A stretch of DNA of 64,000 bases from a virus: the IMG/VR virus record IMGVR_UViG_3300029319_000004, positions 116,712 to 180,711 of that record. One strand, 5' to 3'. The position numbers were made by a program, and so were the translations under genes. This document shows, one piece after another, positions 38,216-46,832 of the stretch. Position 1 is the first letter of the stretch. Each line of letters begins with the position of its first letter. The notes under the pieces were generated by a model that saw nothing but the letters and a program-made list of their open reading frames with translations, had not been told where the DNA came from and made no database searches.

Positions 38216-38992
38216 ATGAGCAAGACTCTACTAACTGAATCAGAAATTAGAAAAATGATGGGCTTAGCCAATATCGGAGCCCTTGGCGATCACTTTGTGA
38301 ATCGTCTCCACGAGCAAGAAATGGCTGAACCCGAAGAGGACGAAGCTGCAGGCGAGGGCGAGATGGCTATGGACGACGCTGGTGACGCTGGTGCTGAAGA
38401 CGCAGCAGTGGCTCCGGGAGAGGACGAAGGCATGGAGGGAGCCATTGAGCAGGTTCTGAGTGTTGTCGTTGATGCTCTTGGTGAGCTTCCTGGCGCGCCT
38501 AAAGTAACCCTTCAGACTGATGATGCCGCTGGCGGAGACATGGATATGGACGCCGGCGAAGAGATGGGTGAGCCAGCTGGCGGAGAGATGGATATGGAGG
38601 CTGCTCCAGAGGAGGAGGCTGCTGATGCTGCTCTTGAAGAGGCACTTCGTCGACTAGGTGTTAGACTTTCAGAGTCACTAGATGAAGAGCTGTCTATGGA
38701 AGATGACCTTGAGGAAGGCATGTACGAAGATGACATGGAAGAAGGTATGTACGAAGACGACCTTGAAGAAGGCATGTACGAAGATGACATGGAAGAAGGC
38801 ATGCACGGTGAAGACATGCATGGTGAAGATATGCATGGCGAGGGTATGCATGGTGAAGACATGGATGAGGACTACATGGAAGAAGGTATGTACGAGGATG
38901 ATATGGACGAGATGGGACGCATGGAAGAAGATCTTGTCAACGAGGTAACTCGTAGAGTTTCAGCCAGACTTCTAAAAAGACTTAAGAGATAA
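38216..38992 (+). CDS. Highly acidic low-complexity protein with tandem repeats (possible prohead core/internal protein)
   Basis: MSKTLLTESEIRKMMGLA; E/D/M/G-rich; ends LVNEVTRRVSARLLKRLKR; CTATTTA upstream. Confidence 0.75.
   Translation: MSKTLLTESEIRKMMGLANIGALGDHFVNRLHEQEMAEPEEDEAAGEGEMAMDDAGDAGAEDAAVAPGEDEGMEGAIEQVLSVVVDALGELPGAPKVTLQTDDAAGGDMDMDAGEEMGEPAGGEMDMEAAPEEEAADAALEEALRRLGVRLSESLDEELSMEDDLEEGMYEDDMEEGMYEDDLEEGMYEDDMEEGMHGEDMHGEDMHGEGMHGEDMDEDYMEEGMYEDDMDEMGRMEEDLVNEVTRRVSARLLKRLKR
38699..38920 (+). repeat. Coding tandem repeats: 4 x 27 bp (EDD[L/M]EEGM[Y/H]), 4 x 15 bp (GE[D/G]M[H/D]), then 2 degenerate 27-bp units
   Basis: Read directly from the sequence. Confidence 0.95.
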
Positions 38993-39012
38993 AATTATTA
39001 TTTTGACTTTAC

Positions 39013-39046
39013 AAAAAGGCAGGGAATTTTCCCTGCCTTTTTTTTT
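39013..39046 (+). terminator. Rho-independent terminator (probably bidirectional)
   Basis: AAAAA-GGCAGGGA-attt-TCCCTGCC-TTTTTTTTT. Confidence 0.92.
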
Positions 39047-39060
39047 AAACGGAGAAGCAC

Positions 39061-39702
39061 GTGAACTTTAACAGTGAAGATAAAAAAGAAACACCCGAGG
39101 AGAAAGAAGAGAGTATAATTCAAGTGCTCAATTCTGCTCTTGAAAAGCCAGAGCTAAGGGTAACAGGAGTTTATGGTGATATTAATGAGGAAAAATGCTC
39201 AGAGACGGTATGGGGCCTGCTAGCACTTCATGAAACTGGTAAAAGATATTACAAAGAAGAAGATTCTGATCAATTGGTTGAGGAGTATACACCCATAGAT
39301 TTTTATATATCGTCTTACGGCGGACAGGCTGCAGAAATGTTCGCTGTTTATGATGTCGTAAGAAGTCTTCGAGATACAACGCCTATCATAACACATGGTA
39401 TTGGCAAGGTAATGTCAGCAGGAGTTCTGTTGTTGGCGTCTGGCACTAAAGGTGAGCGTCGCATCGGGAAACATTGCAGGGTAATGATCCATGGTGTTAT
39501 ATCTGGCCAGCACGGCCATATAGCTGATGTAAAAAATGAATTTGAGGAAGCAAAGCTAACCCAAAAACTCTATATTGATGCACTAGCGGAAGAGACCAAC
39601 ATGACGCACAGCTACATTAAAAGACTCATGAATAGAAAAACTAATGTATATTTAGACGCCCAAGAGGCAGTTGAGCTTGGCATAGCCGATATCGTTTTTT
39701 AG
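39061..39702 (+). CDS. clpP: ClpP-like protease subunit
   Basis: FYISSYGG, GKVMSAGVLLLASG (Ser), RVMIHG (His), YLDAQEAVELGIAD; GTG start. Confidence 0.92.
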   Translation: MNFNSEDKKETPEEKEESIIQVLNSALEKPELRVTGVYGDINEEKCSETVWGLLALHETGKRYYKEEDSDQLVEEYTPIDFYISSYGGQAAEMFAVYDVVRSLRDTTPIITHGIGKVMSAGVLLLASGTKGERRIGKHCRVMIHGVISGQHGHIADVKNEFEEAKLTQKLYIDALAEETNMTHSYIKRLMNRKTNVYLDAQEAVELGIADIVF

Positions 39703-39728
39703 TTACTACTTAGTTTAGAGGGTTAGTT

Positions 39729-41471
39729 ATGAATGAACAAGATCTTAAAATGCTGGAGGAATCTTTTTTTCCAGGCACTAAGATTTCTTTAAAAGAAATA
39801 TTTGAAATAATTGATTTAGAGGAGCAGAGTCTAAATAAAAACAAGCTCCTCTTCGAGCAGCAGAAAGAGCACTCTCTATCCATTAGTATGATTCCAGACA
39901 TGGATATTACGGAGCTTGGATGGGGAAATCTTGAAACTAATGCCAGGAGAAAGAAGACTTTTAGTGCTTCTGCTCGTGGCCAGCTTGAAGGATTTTTAAA
40001 AAACATTCAAGGCACAGATCTTGCTTCAAAGATAAAGAGTTTAAATGACTTCTACTCTATGGACGAAAATCTTATGAACAAGCTTCAGCTTGAGCAGAAA
40101 GGCCCAGGTGGAAAAATATCTGCTGTTCTATCTTATCTGGTTTTCTATAAAACACTTACCAAGGTTTTAACTAACTTTAATGCCGCTTCAGCAGGATTTA
40201 ATTTTGAAGCCTTCCTGGCTGTGATGTTAGGCGGCAAGCAGGTGCCAACGAATAGTAATACAATCGCTGACCTCATGGATAGCTCTGGCGTTCCCATTTC
40301 TCTTAAACTTTACGCCGAGGAGTCTGTTGAAGTAGGCGGTAGTTATCGTGATCTAATTGGCGATCTCTCAAAAGAAGGTGGTAGCATGCAATACATTGTG
40401 TGCATGAAGAAGCTGGCGACTGAAGTTGGAGAACAGGGTGAGATCACTAAAATAAAAGGGCAAGTTGGGTCAATCAAGTTTTATCGTTTTGACTTCACGA
40501 TTGAAAATTTATTTAATATTCTGTCTAAATCAAGCAAGAACTCAAGGAGGAATATTATATTGCCAGCTAGCTACATTTCAGGAGCCGAGCCGGATGTGGC
40601 TACAGGTCTGCCAGTTGGGGGAACGTTTCCCAGCCCACAAGCAGCTGCAGCAGAGTTTCAAGAACTGGCGATTGCTAGACTTAAAGAAGTTGAAATAGAG
40701 AAGATTATTGGTGGCTTTAATTATGAAAAACTCTTTACTGCTTTAGATTATGGCAAGGCCACAGATATCTGGGAGGGTACAACTCCTAATATCGAGCGCG
40801 GAGCAACAAAGATGGGACAGAAAAAAGTCATAGACAAGTTAATGCTTGATCAAGATTTGTTTCCAGATGACACTCCGAGAGAAAAAATTAAATCCTTAGC
40901 TCTTGTGTTGATAGCTGCAAACAATGATCTTCGTATGAAATACTCTCAAACAATGCAACAACAAAGAAGAGACGCAGAAATTAAACGTCAATATCTTGTA
41001 GGGTCTGATAAGGAATTGGTACAGGCTTCCGTTGATTTTTATAACGGCCTTCAGACAAATGAGCAGCGAATCGAGGCGCTTCAACAAACGCTAGGTTTTG
41101 TTGGTAGCAGTAGGCAGCATGCTGGTCATTTTAATTTGACAGGAAACATGGTAAAAAATATTCACACTTACGATCCAACATCAATCCCGTCAGCAAACGC
41201 ACGCGGTGGTGCTGGTGGAGACACTCCAGCGTTTATTGGAGAAATTCGAATTGGGACGGACGAAATTCAGAAAATGCTTGATCAGGTCGTGTCTATCTTA
41301 AACAAAAACATATTTGATATCTTTAGCAATTTACAGCTTTTAACAACCAATATTAAAACTTACTTTGCTGGCGGCATGTCTCCTAAAGATGAGCAAAAGG
41401 CAAAAACTGCCATGACAGCAGCAGACAATATTGAGAGAAAAACTCAAGAAGTCAGTGGCGTTGAAAGATAA
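39729..41471 (+). CDS. Hypothetical 580-aa protein with PD-(D/E)xK-like nuclease motif
   Basis: GFNFEAFLA...IADL....PISLKLY; late motif at 39705. Confidence 0.5.
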   Translation: MNEQDLKMLEESFFPGTKISLKEIFEIIDLEEQSLNKNKLLFEQQKEHSLSISMIPDMDITELGWGNLETNARRKKTFSASARGQLEGFLKNIQGTDLASKIKSLNDFYSMDENLMNKLQLEQKGPGGKISAVLSYLVFYKTLTKVLTNFNAASAGFNFEAFLAVMLGGKQVPTNSNTIADLMDSSGVPISLKLYAEESVEVGGSYRDLIGDLSKEGGSMQYIVCMKKLATEVGEQGEITKIKGQVGSIKFYRFDFTIENLFNILSKSSKNSRRNIILPASYISGAEPDVATGLPVGGTFPSPQAAAAEFQELAIARLKEVEIEKIIGGFNYEKLFTALDYGKATDIWEGTTPNIERGATKMGQKKVIDKLMLDQDLFPDDTPREKIKSLALVLIAANNDLRMKYSQTMQQQRRDAEIKRQYLVGSDKELVQASVDFYNGLQTNEQRIEALQQTLGFVGSSRQHAGHFNLTGNMVKNIHTYDPTSIPSANARGGAGGDTPAFIGEIRIGTDEIQKMLDQVVSILNKNIFDIFSNLQLLTTNIKTYFAGGMSPKDEQKAKTAMTAADNIERKTQEVSGVER

Positions 41472-41532
41472 TAATAACTGTAATAAATCTTAACACAGCT
41501 ATTGACTTAATGTTATATTTGCTTATATTTTC

Positions 41533-43137
41533 ATGACGAGGTGTATTATGAAAAAGCATTGTCTTTCTGAAGAGCAACTTCAGGAGAAACTATCAAGCGG
41601 CGTTAATAAGTTAGCAGATTGCGTCGCTGTTACATTAGGGCCTAGAGGTCGAAATGTTATGCTAAGAGCAGGCGGAAAGCCTGTAATTACGAAAGATGGC
41701 GTAACTGTTGCCAAGTTTTTTTCAACTGATGATTTATTTGAAGATGCCGCGGCAGAGGTCTTGAAAGAGGTTGCTGACAACACAAATAGTTCTGCTGGCG
41801 ATGGTACAACAACATCGACGGTGTTAGCTCGCGAGATTTTCAACGAAGCTCAAAAGTATATAAGAGCTGGTCATGACCCGCTTCAGATAAAGAAGGGCAT
41901 GGAGAAATCACTTGAGTCAATTATATCTAGACTAAATAAAATATCACAGCCTGTTGAGAGTTTTGAAGAAATAAAAAACGTTGCAACCGTGTCTGCCAAC
42001 AACGATGAAGCAATTGGAAATCTTATTGCCACTGCTGCCGATCAAGCTGGACATGAGGGTGTGGTGTCTGTTGTAGCTGGCCGCACTGAAGATACTAAAT
42101 TAAATTTAGTCGAGGGATTTAAATTTGATGGTGGCTATGCTGCGCAGGCGTTTGTAACTAACAAAAGAAAGAACACGGTAGAATATTCAGAGGCTTTTAT
42201 TTTAGTTACTGAAGAAAAGATTACTCAAGTAGCTCAAATATTACCAGTGCTGGAGCAAGTGGCAAGAGAGGACCGTCCTTTAATTATTGTTGCAGAGTCA
42301 GTAGAGGAACAAGCGCTAGCTGCTTTGATTATGAATACAGTTAGAGGCTCAATGAGGGTTGCCGCAGTAAAGGCGCCTGGATTTGGCCGGGAAAGAAAGG
42401 AGATTCTTTCTGACTTGGCCATGGCTGTCGGTGCTACTTTTGTTACACGAGGGTCGTCACCAAAGCTTGAAGATTTAAAACTAAAGCACCTTGGCAAGGC
42501 TAAGACAATTGAGGTTCAAAAGAACAGTACCACAATTGTTGATGGGAATGGAGACTGGGAGCTAATTGAAGAAAGAATTGAGTCGATTAAATCTGAGATA
42601 AAGCAAACGGAAGACATGAGAGAGTGCAAAAGACTCCAGCACAGAATATCAAGACTTCAAAGTGGCGTTGCTATAATAGAAGTAGGAGCCGCTAGTGAGG
42701 TCGAGATGGTGGAGAAAAAGCACCGCATAGAAGACGCCCTGGAGGCCGTGCGCGCCGCGCAAAGCTCTGGGATTGTGCCAGGGGGTGGCGCTGCTCTTGT
42801 GAGTTGCATTAGTTTCTTGCCAAAGAATTTAAACAACTCGGAGTCATTCGGGCGTGAAGTTTTAAAAAAAGCTATGCTGGCTCCAATCACTCAAATATCA
42901 AAAAACTGTGGTGTTAGTCCAGACCTTGTGATTGATTCTGTGATGAGGCAGAACAAAAGGAAGAAATCCAGCAACTATGGATATAATTTTGTTACTAATA
43001 AAGTGGTTGATATGTTTGAAGAGGGCATCATAGACCCAGCAAAGGTAACAATCACTGCTCTAAAAAATGCAGTGTCCGTTGTGTCGACTCTTCTCACAAC
43101 CGCCACGTGCATTATTCAGGAGCAAAATGAAAGCTAA
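41533..43137 (+). CDS. groEL: Chaperonin GroEL
   Basis: TLGPRGRNV, ITKDGVTVAK, AGDGTTT, VSANND, KAPGFG, EKKHRIEDAL, GIVPGGG, GIIDPAKV. Confidence 0.98.
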   Translation: MTRCIMKKHCLSEEQLQEKLSSGVNKLADCVAVTLGPRGRNVMLRAGGKPVITKDGVTVAKFFSTDDLFEDAAAEVLKEVADNTNSSAGDGTTTSTVLAREIFNEAQKYIRAGHDPLQIKKGMEKSLESIISRLNKISQPVESFEEIKNVATVSANNDEAIGNLIATAADQAGHEGVVSVVAGRTEDTKLNLVEGFKFDGGYAAQAFVTNKRKNTVEYSEAFILVTEEKITQVAQILPVLEQVAREDRPLIIVAESVEEQALAALIMNTVRGSMRVAAVKAPGFGRERKEILSDLAMAVGATFVTRGSSPKLEDLKLKHLGKAKTIEVQKNSTTIVDGNGDWELIEERIESIKSEIKQTEDMRECKRLQHRISRLQSGVAIIEVGAASEVEMVEKKHRIEDALEAVRAAQSSGIVPGGGAALVSCISFLPKNLNNSESFGREVLKKAMLAPITQISKNCGVSPDLVIDSVMRQNKRKKSSNYGYNFVTNKVVDMFEEGIIDPAKVTITALKNAVSVVSTLLTTATCIIQEQNES

Positions 43138-43408
43138 AATAACAATTACTAAAGATCTTAACGATATACCTGACCTTATCGTAGATTTGCTAAGGGAAGC
43201 AAAATATAAACTTGAGTCTATAAGTAAGTTCAAATTTAATTACCTTGATCCATCTGAGCTAGCTCAGCAAATATCCAGTCAGAGACTAGTGATGTCTGAT
43301 GTTGATGACATTTTTGAAAATGCACAAAATCTTGCTGCAGGCTATGTTTCAGCGCTTGAGGACTCGGCATCAGAGGTTCCTAAGGAGGGTTTGGATGAAA
43401 GAGTTTGA
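43127..43408 (+). CDS. Hypothetical protein
   Basis: ATG at 43127 with SD GGAG; overlaps groEL stop. Confidence 0.65.
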   Translation: MKAKITITKDLNDIPDLIVDLLREAKYKLESISKFKFNYLDPSELAQQISSQRLVMSDVDDIFENAQNLAAGYVSALEDSASEVPKEGLDERV

Positions 43409-43598
43409 TTTAATATATGTCCCAGCAGAGACGTATATGCTCAAGACAGGCATTGATGACACGGTTCAAAGCTTTATAAAGCTTAATAAGCCTGCTAGTG
43501 TTATTCTTTTGGAGGACATGGGCCAAAAGGTTAAAGTTCTTCATGAAAATAAAAATTGGTTAATTGAAAAAAAACATTTAAGAGGGTTACATGATTAA
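43395..43598 (+). CDS. Small beta-barrel-like hypothetical protein
   Basis: MKEFDLIYVP...VILLE.....VKVL...W; 14-bp overlap with upstream gene. Confidence 0.6.
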   Translation: MKEFDLIYVPAETYMLKTGIDDTVQSFIKLNKPASVILLEDMGQKVKVLHENKNWLIEKKHLRGLHD

Positions 43599-43884
43599 AC
43601 TAACACAAATTAACACAACTACGGTTTCCATTACTCGTAACGAGACGGACGGCCCAGTTGTCGACAAGCAATATATTTTTAAAGATGTTTGGATCAATCC
43701 GACATATGTTACTAAGGTTGAGGAGGACGCTGCCTTAAACAACGAAAATATTAAAAAACCATTAATTAAAGGCTTAGACAACAGAGCAACATTTTCCAGA
43801 GTCTATGTTAGCTCAAATAATCATTCATCGTATTTTTCTGTTGTTGGTCACCCAAACATTGTTGTTTCCAAGCTTGGGGAATAA
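43591..43884 (+). CDS. FlbD-like small protein (tentative)
   Basis: MIKLTQI...VWINP.YV.KVEE...SRV...V. Confidence 0.4.
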   Translation: MIKLTQINTTTVSITRNETDGPVVDKQYIFKDVWINPTYVTKVEEDAALNNENIKKPLIKGLDNRATFSRVYVSSNNHSSYFSVVGHPNIVVSKLGE

Positions 43885-43887
43885 GTC

Positions 43888-44127
43888 ATGGAAAAATTTA
43901 TTCTGTACGTTAAAATTGATTGTCCCTTTTGCCATAAGGCAGAAGACTTACTAACAAAAGCTGGCAAAGAATACAATGTGGTTCCCTTCGATGGTGCACA
44001 AGATGTTTTAGAGCACGTGAAGCTTGCGTATGAACACAGTACAGTTCCTATGGTTTTTTCTAGCAAAGCTAAAAACATTCAGTTTGTTGGTGGGTACACT
44101 GATCTTGTTGAGTATTTAGATGAGTGA
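43888..44127 (+). CDS. Glutaredoxin
   Basis: CPFC active site, TVP.VF, VGGYTDL. Confidence 0.92.
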   Translation: MEKFILYVKIDCPFCHKAEDLLTKAGKEYNVVPFDGAQDVLEHVKLAYEHSTVPMVFSSKAKNIQFVGGYTDLVEYLDE

Positions 44128-44464
44128 AGAGTCACAAAAAATTTACACCTTTAGTGTCGAAGCAGTGTATGAAATGCTTGACAGTGCGCAAGATGATAGA
44201 GATGTGGCTAGAGAGCTTCTTGCCATGTATCTTGATTTAGAAAGTCAAAATGAATACATATCTTTTCTTTTAAGTGAGGTGTTCTGGACAAACTACAGCA
44301 TTACTAAATTGATTGAAAAAGAGATAGACACAGCGGTACTGACTGAGGACAAGCAATTTATTGTTACGGAGACCACACTAAACATACTTCAGTCCCTTGT
44401 AATATCTAAGCACGCTGCCTCTAGTGAGCTTAGGAAAATGTCTGTTTCATTACAAGAAAATTAA
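44120..44464 (+). CDS. Hypothetical protein
   Basis: 114-aa ORF overlapping grx. Confidence 0.65.
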   Translation: MSEESQKIYTFSVEAVYEMLDSAQDDRDVARELLAMYLDLESQNEYISFLLSEVFWTNYSITKLIEKEIDTAVLTEDKQFIVTETTLNILQSLVISKHAASSELRKMSVSLQEN

Positions 44465-44504
44465 TTTTTTGGGTTGACCGTGTTTTTTAGGTGCTTACTG
44501 TTAG

Positions 44505-44567
44505 ATTGTTCCGGGTGCTAAATAAGGCCCAGAACAATAGTCTTGCTTAAAAAGGAGAAATATTATG
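44505..44567 (+). promoter_or_regulatory. ROSE-like RNA thermometer in hsp20 5' UTR
   Basis: Upstream hairpin ATTGTTC..GAACAAT; SD hairpin TCTTGCTT-aaa-AAGGAGA with bulged G (U(U/C)GCU motif); promoter TTGACC-N16-TACTGT upstream. Confidence 0.7.
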
Positions 44568-44987
44568 ACTACCACACTTACTACTTATAGACCTAGCCTT
44601 ATTGGAAGAGGCGTATTTGATGATCTGTTTGAGGCTATGGATTTTCCTACCCTTCTAAACAGAACAACGCAGGGATATCCAGTTGCAGATATTTATCAAA
44701 ATGATATTGGAGATACTGTCATGGAGTTTGCGTTGGCTGGCTTTACCAAAGACGATTTGCAGGTTGAAATTAAACCAGAGAAAAACAGTATTACTGTGAG
44801 TGCTGATAGGGGCGCTCGGGCCGATACTAATCGTAGAATCGCCAGACGTAGCTTTACTAAGACTTATGTAAATTACGACAATAATTTAAATCTGAGTCAA
44901 ACCACAGCAGATTTTAGCAATGGTCTTTTGACCTTGACTCTGCCTAGGAAAGAAGAAGCAAAGCCACTTAATATTGAAATTAAGTAA
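44565..44987 (+). CDS. Small heat-shock protein (Hsp20/IbpA family)
   Basis: YPVADIY, EFALAGF.K.DL.V, RRIARRSF, A.F.NGLL.L.LP. Confidence 0.95.
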   Translation: MTTTLTTYRPSLIGRGVFDDLFEAMDFPTLLNRTTQGYPVADIYQNDIGDTVMEFALAGFTKDDLQVEIKPEKNSITVSADRGARADTNRRIARRSFTKTYVNYDNNLNLSQTTADFSNGLLTLTLPRKEEAKPLNIEIK

Positions 44988-45083
44988 TTAATATTTACTT
45001 TTCCAATATGTTGTTATAATTATTGATGTAGGTGTGTAAACATTTACGCACTTGCATCAATATTTGCACTATTGGAAGCATTA

Positions 45084-45701
45084 ATGAGCCTGAAGAAGAA
45101 GTCTTTTTATACCGCACTTGTATTCGTATTTTTTCTATCAGGGTATTTTCTAATTCAGCGCATGGTCGACGCGGCCAGTCTAACTTTGTTGTTGGAAGCT
45201 GATAGATGGATACCTTTGATGACAGAATTTATCTGGATATATCACTCGCTGCCTCTTTACATACTACTTGTAATGGTATTTATGATAAAACAAGCTAGTG
45301 TTTTCTGGAGAACTGTTGTGAGCTGTTTAGCCTCAAGCGCAGTGATGTTTGTTTGTTTTGTGCTATTACCCATAGAGTATCCCAGGCCCGAAGTGTTAGC
45401 TAGTGATTTTTCAAGCTCGTTTTTGGTGCTGACTCAAGAGATAGATTTTGCTCACAATACATGTCCGTCTGGTCATGTGGCATTTGCATGGCTGATGTTT
45501 CTATCTGCCATCAGCACTCAATGGATAAAGCAAGAGCCTTGGATGGGCAGGGTGTGCTTTCTTTGGTCGCTAGGGATCATAATGTCAACTTTATTACTCA
45601 AGCAACATTTTATTGCAGACGTATTTGCAGGAGTTATATTGGCTAGTTTTTCATTTTATTGTTCAAAGTTTGTCGTTCCTACTAAGAGGTTAGCTAGTTA
45701 G
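45084..45701 (+). CDS. PAP2-superfamily membrane phosphatase/phosphotransferase
   Basis: Multiple TM helices; YPRP, NTCPSGHV, STLLLKQHFIADV. Confidence 0.85.
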   Translation: MSLKKKSFYTALVFVFFLSGYFLIQRMVDAASLTLLLEADRWIPLMTEFIWIYHSLPLYILLVMVFMIKQASVFWRTVVSCLASSAVMFVCFVLLPIEYPRPEVLASDFSSSFLVLTQEIDFAHNTCPSGHVAFAWLMFLSAISTQWIKQEPWMGRVCFLWSLGIIMSTLLLKQHFIADVFAGVILASFSFYCSKFVVPTKRLAS

Positions 45702-45719
45702 TATAGGGGGACGACAGCC

Positions 45720-46166
45720 TTGTTTGTAACAAACGAAAAAGAACTTAGAAAAGAATGTAAACCTTGTGGAGCACGAGAGGGCAACATAATAGGAGAGAGA
45801 TTATTAGAAATGCTAGCCAAAACAAATGATGGTGTTGGCCTGGCGGCAAACCAAGTAGGCATTAACAAAAGAGTTTGTGTTGTAAATGTCGATCGACCAA
45901 TAGTTTTAATTAATCCTAAAATTGTGGGCAAGTTTGGAAAAAGTTATTTTCAAGAAGGATGTCTTTCGTTCCCTGGCAAAGTTGTAATCACCGAGAGATG
46001 GACAAACATAGTCGTTTCATGCGCCGGTTCAAAACAATATATGTTTTCTTTTGAAAAAAACGCTTTGGAGTGTGTTTGTGTGCAGCATGAGATTGACCAT
46101 TTAAATGGTGTGACTATGTTCGATAGAGCCGTAGATGACTTGGAGATTAATAATGGCAAAATCTAA
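45720..46166 (+). CDS. def: Peptide deformylase
   Basis: GVGLAANQVG, EGCLSFP, QHEIDHLNG; start codon (TTG) uncertain. Confidence 0.95.
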   Translation: MFVTNEKELRKECKPCGAREGNIIGERLLEMLAKTNDGVGLAANQVGINKRVCVVNVDRPIVLINPKIVGKFGKSYFQEGCLSFPGKVVITERWTNIVVSCAGSKQYMFSFEKNALECVCVQHEIDHLNGVTMFDRAVDDLEINNGKI

Positions 46167-46311
46167 AACTAAAAAAGCAACTAGCAAAAAGAAAACCAGC
46201 ATTGGTGATGGAAAATTTTCCAAAACTTGGAACAAAGGCGGAGGAACAACTGGCTCTACTCCATCAAAATTTCGCACCAAGAAAAAACCATACAGGGGAC
46301 AGGGCAAGTGA
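46153..46311 (+). CDS. Small highly basic protein (52 aa)
   Basis: Not in track. MAKSKTKKATSKKKTSIGDGKFSKTWNKGGGTTGSTPSKFRTKKKPYRGQGK*; SD GGAG. Confidence 0.75.
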   Translation: MAKSKTKKATSKKKTSIGDGKFSKTWNKGGGTTGSTPSKFRTKKKPYRGQGK

Positions 46312-46451
46312 ACGAAGAGCGACCTTTTCTACAGATCCCTCTCCCCTCATCTGATCCATGGGTCCAGCGTCAACAATATGAAAAGTGGCTTGAGGAACAG
46401 AAAGAAAAAGAAAATCAAGATGACGAAACAGTCATAATTATCGAGGTGTAG
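46308..46451 (+). CDS. Small hypothetical protein
   Basis: GTG start in GTGA overlap; ERPFLQIPLP...DETVIII. Confidence 0.65.
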   Translation: MNEERPFLQIPLPSSDPWVQRQQYEKWLEEQKEKENQDDETVIIIEV

Positions 46452-46467
46452 ACAAGGATCAAGTTGC

Positions 46468-46638
46468 ATGAGAGTGTATGTTCCAGACAAGAGCGACGCA
46501 GTTATTAATGAAGCACTGAAAGAGCTTTATCTTTTACGTCAGTCGATTGAGCATGAGGCGGGTAGTGTTAAGTCTCGGTTGAAATCTATAGACAAAATCA
46601 GAAATGCTCTTCAGAACTTAATAGCTTCAAAAGGTTAA
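46468..46638 (+). CDS. Small coiled-coil hypothetical protein (56 aa)
   Basis: Not in track. MRVYVPDKSDAVINEALKELYLLRQSIEHEAG... Confidence 0.55.
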   Translation: MRVYVPDKSDAVINEALKELYLLRQSIEHEAGSVKSRLKSIDKIRNALQNLIASKG

Positions 46639-46643
46639 GTTTT

Positions 46644-46805
46644 ATGTTTAAATTAGGTGAGCTTGTCTCCGCTAGGAGATATAACTCCGTTGGTGTTGTT
46701 GTTGATACAAAGGTGAGATTTGGTGCGCAATACTGTAAGGTTTTGTGGACTGGAGAAAAACAGGCACACTGGGTATCATCAGAACAGCTACGAGATAGGA
46801 ATTAA
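46644..46805 (+). CDS. Small SH3/KOW-like family protein (53 aa)
   Basis: Not in track. MFKLGELVSARRYNSVGVVVDTKVRFGAQYCKVLWTGEKQAHWVSSEQL. Confidence 0.7.
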   Translation: MFKLGELVSARRYNSVGVVVDTKVRFGAQYCKVLWTGEKQAHWVSSEQLRDRN

Positions 46806-46832
46806 ATTAATTTCATAGAAAAAGGAGGTCTT

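Noticed and set aside
38699-38920. Regular repeats as a CRISPR array
   Set aside because: In-frame coding repeats with synonymous variation and no unique spacers; no cas genes.
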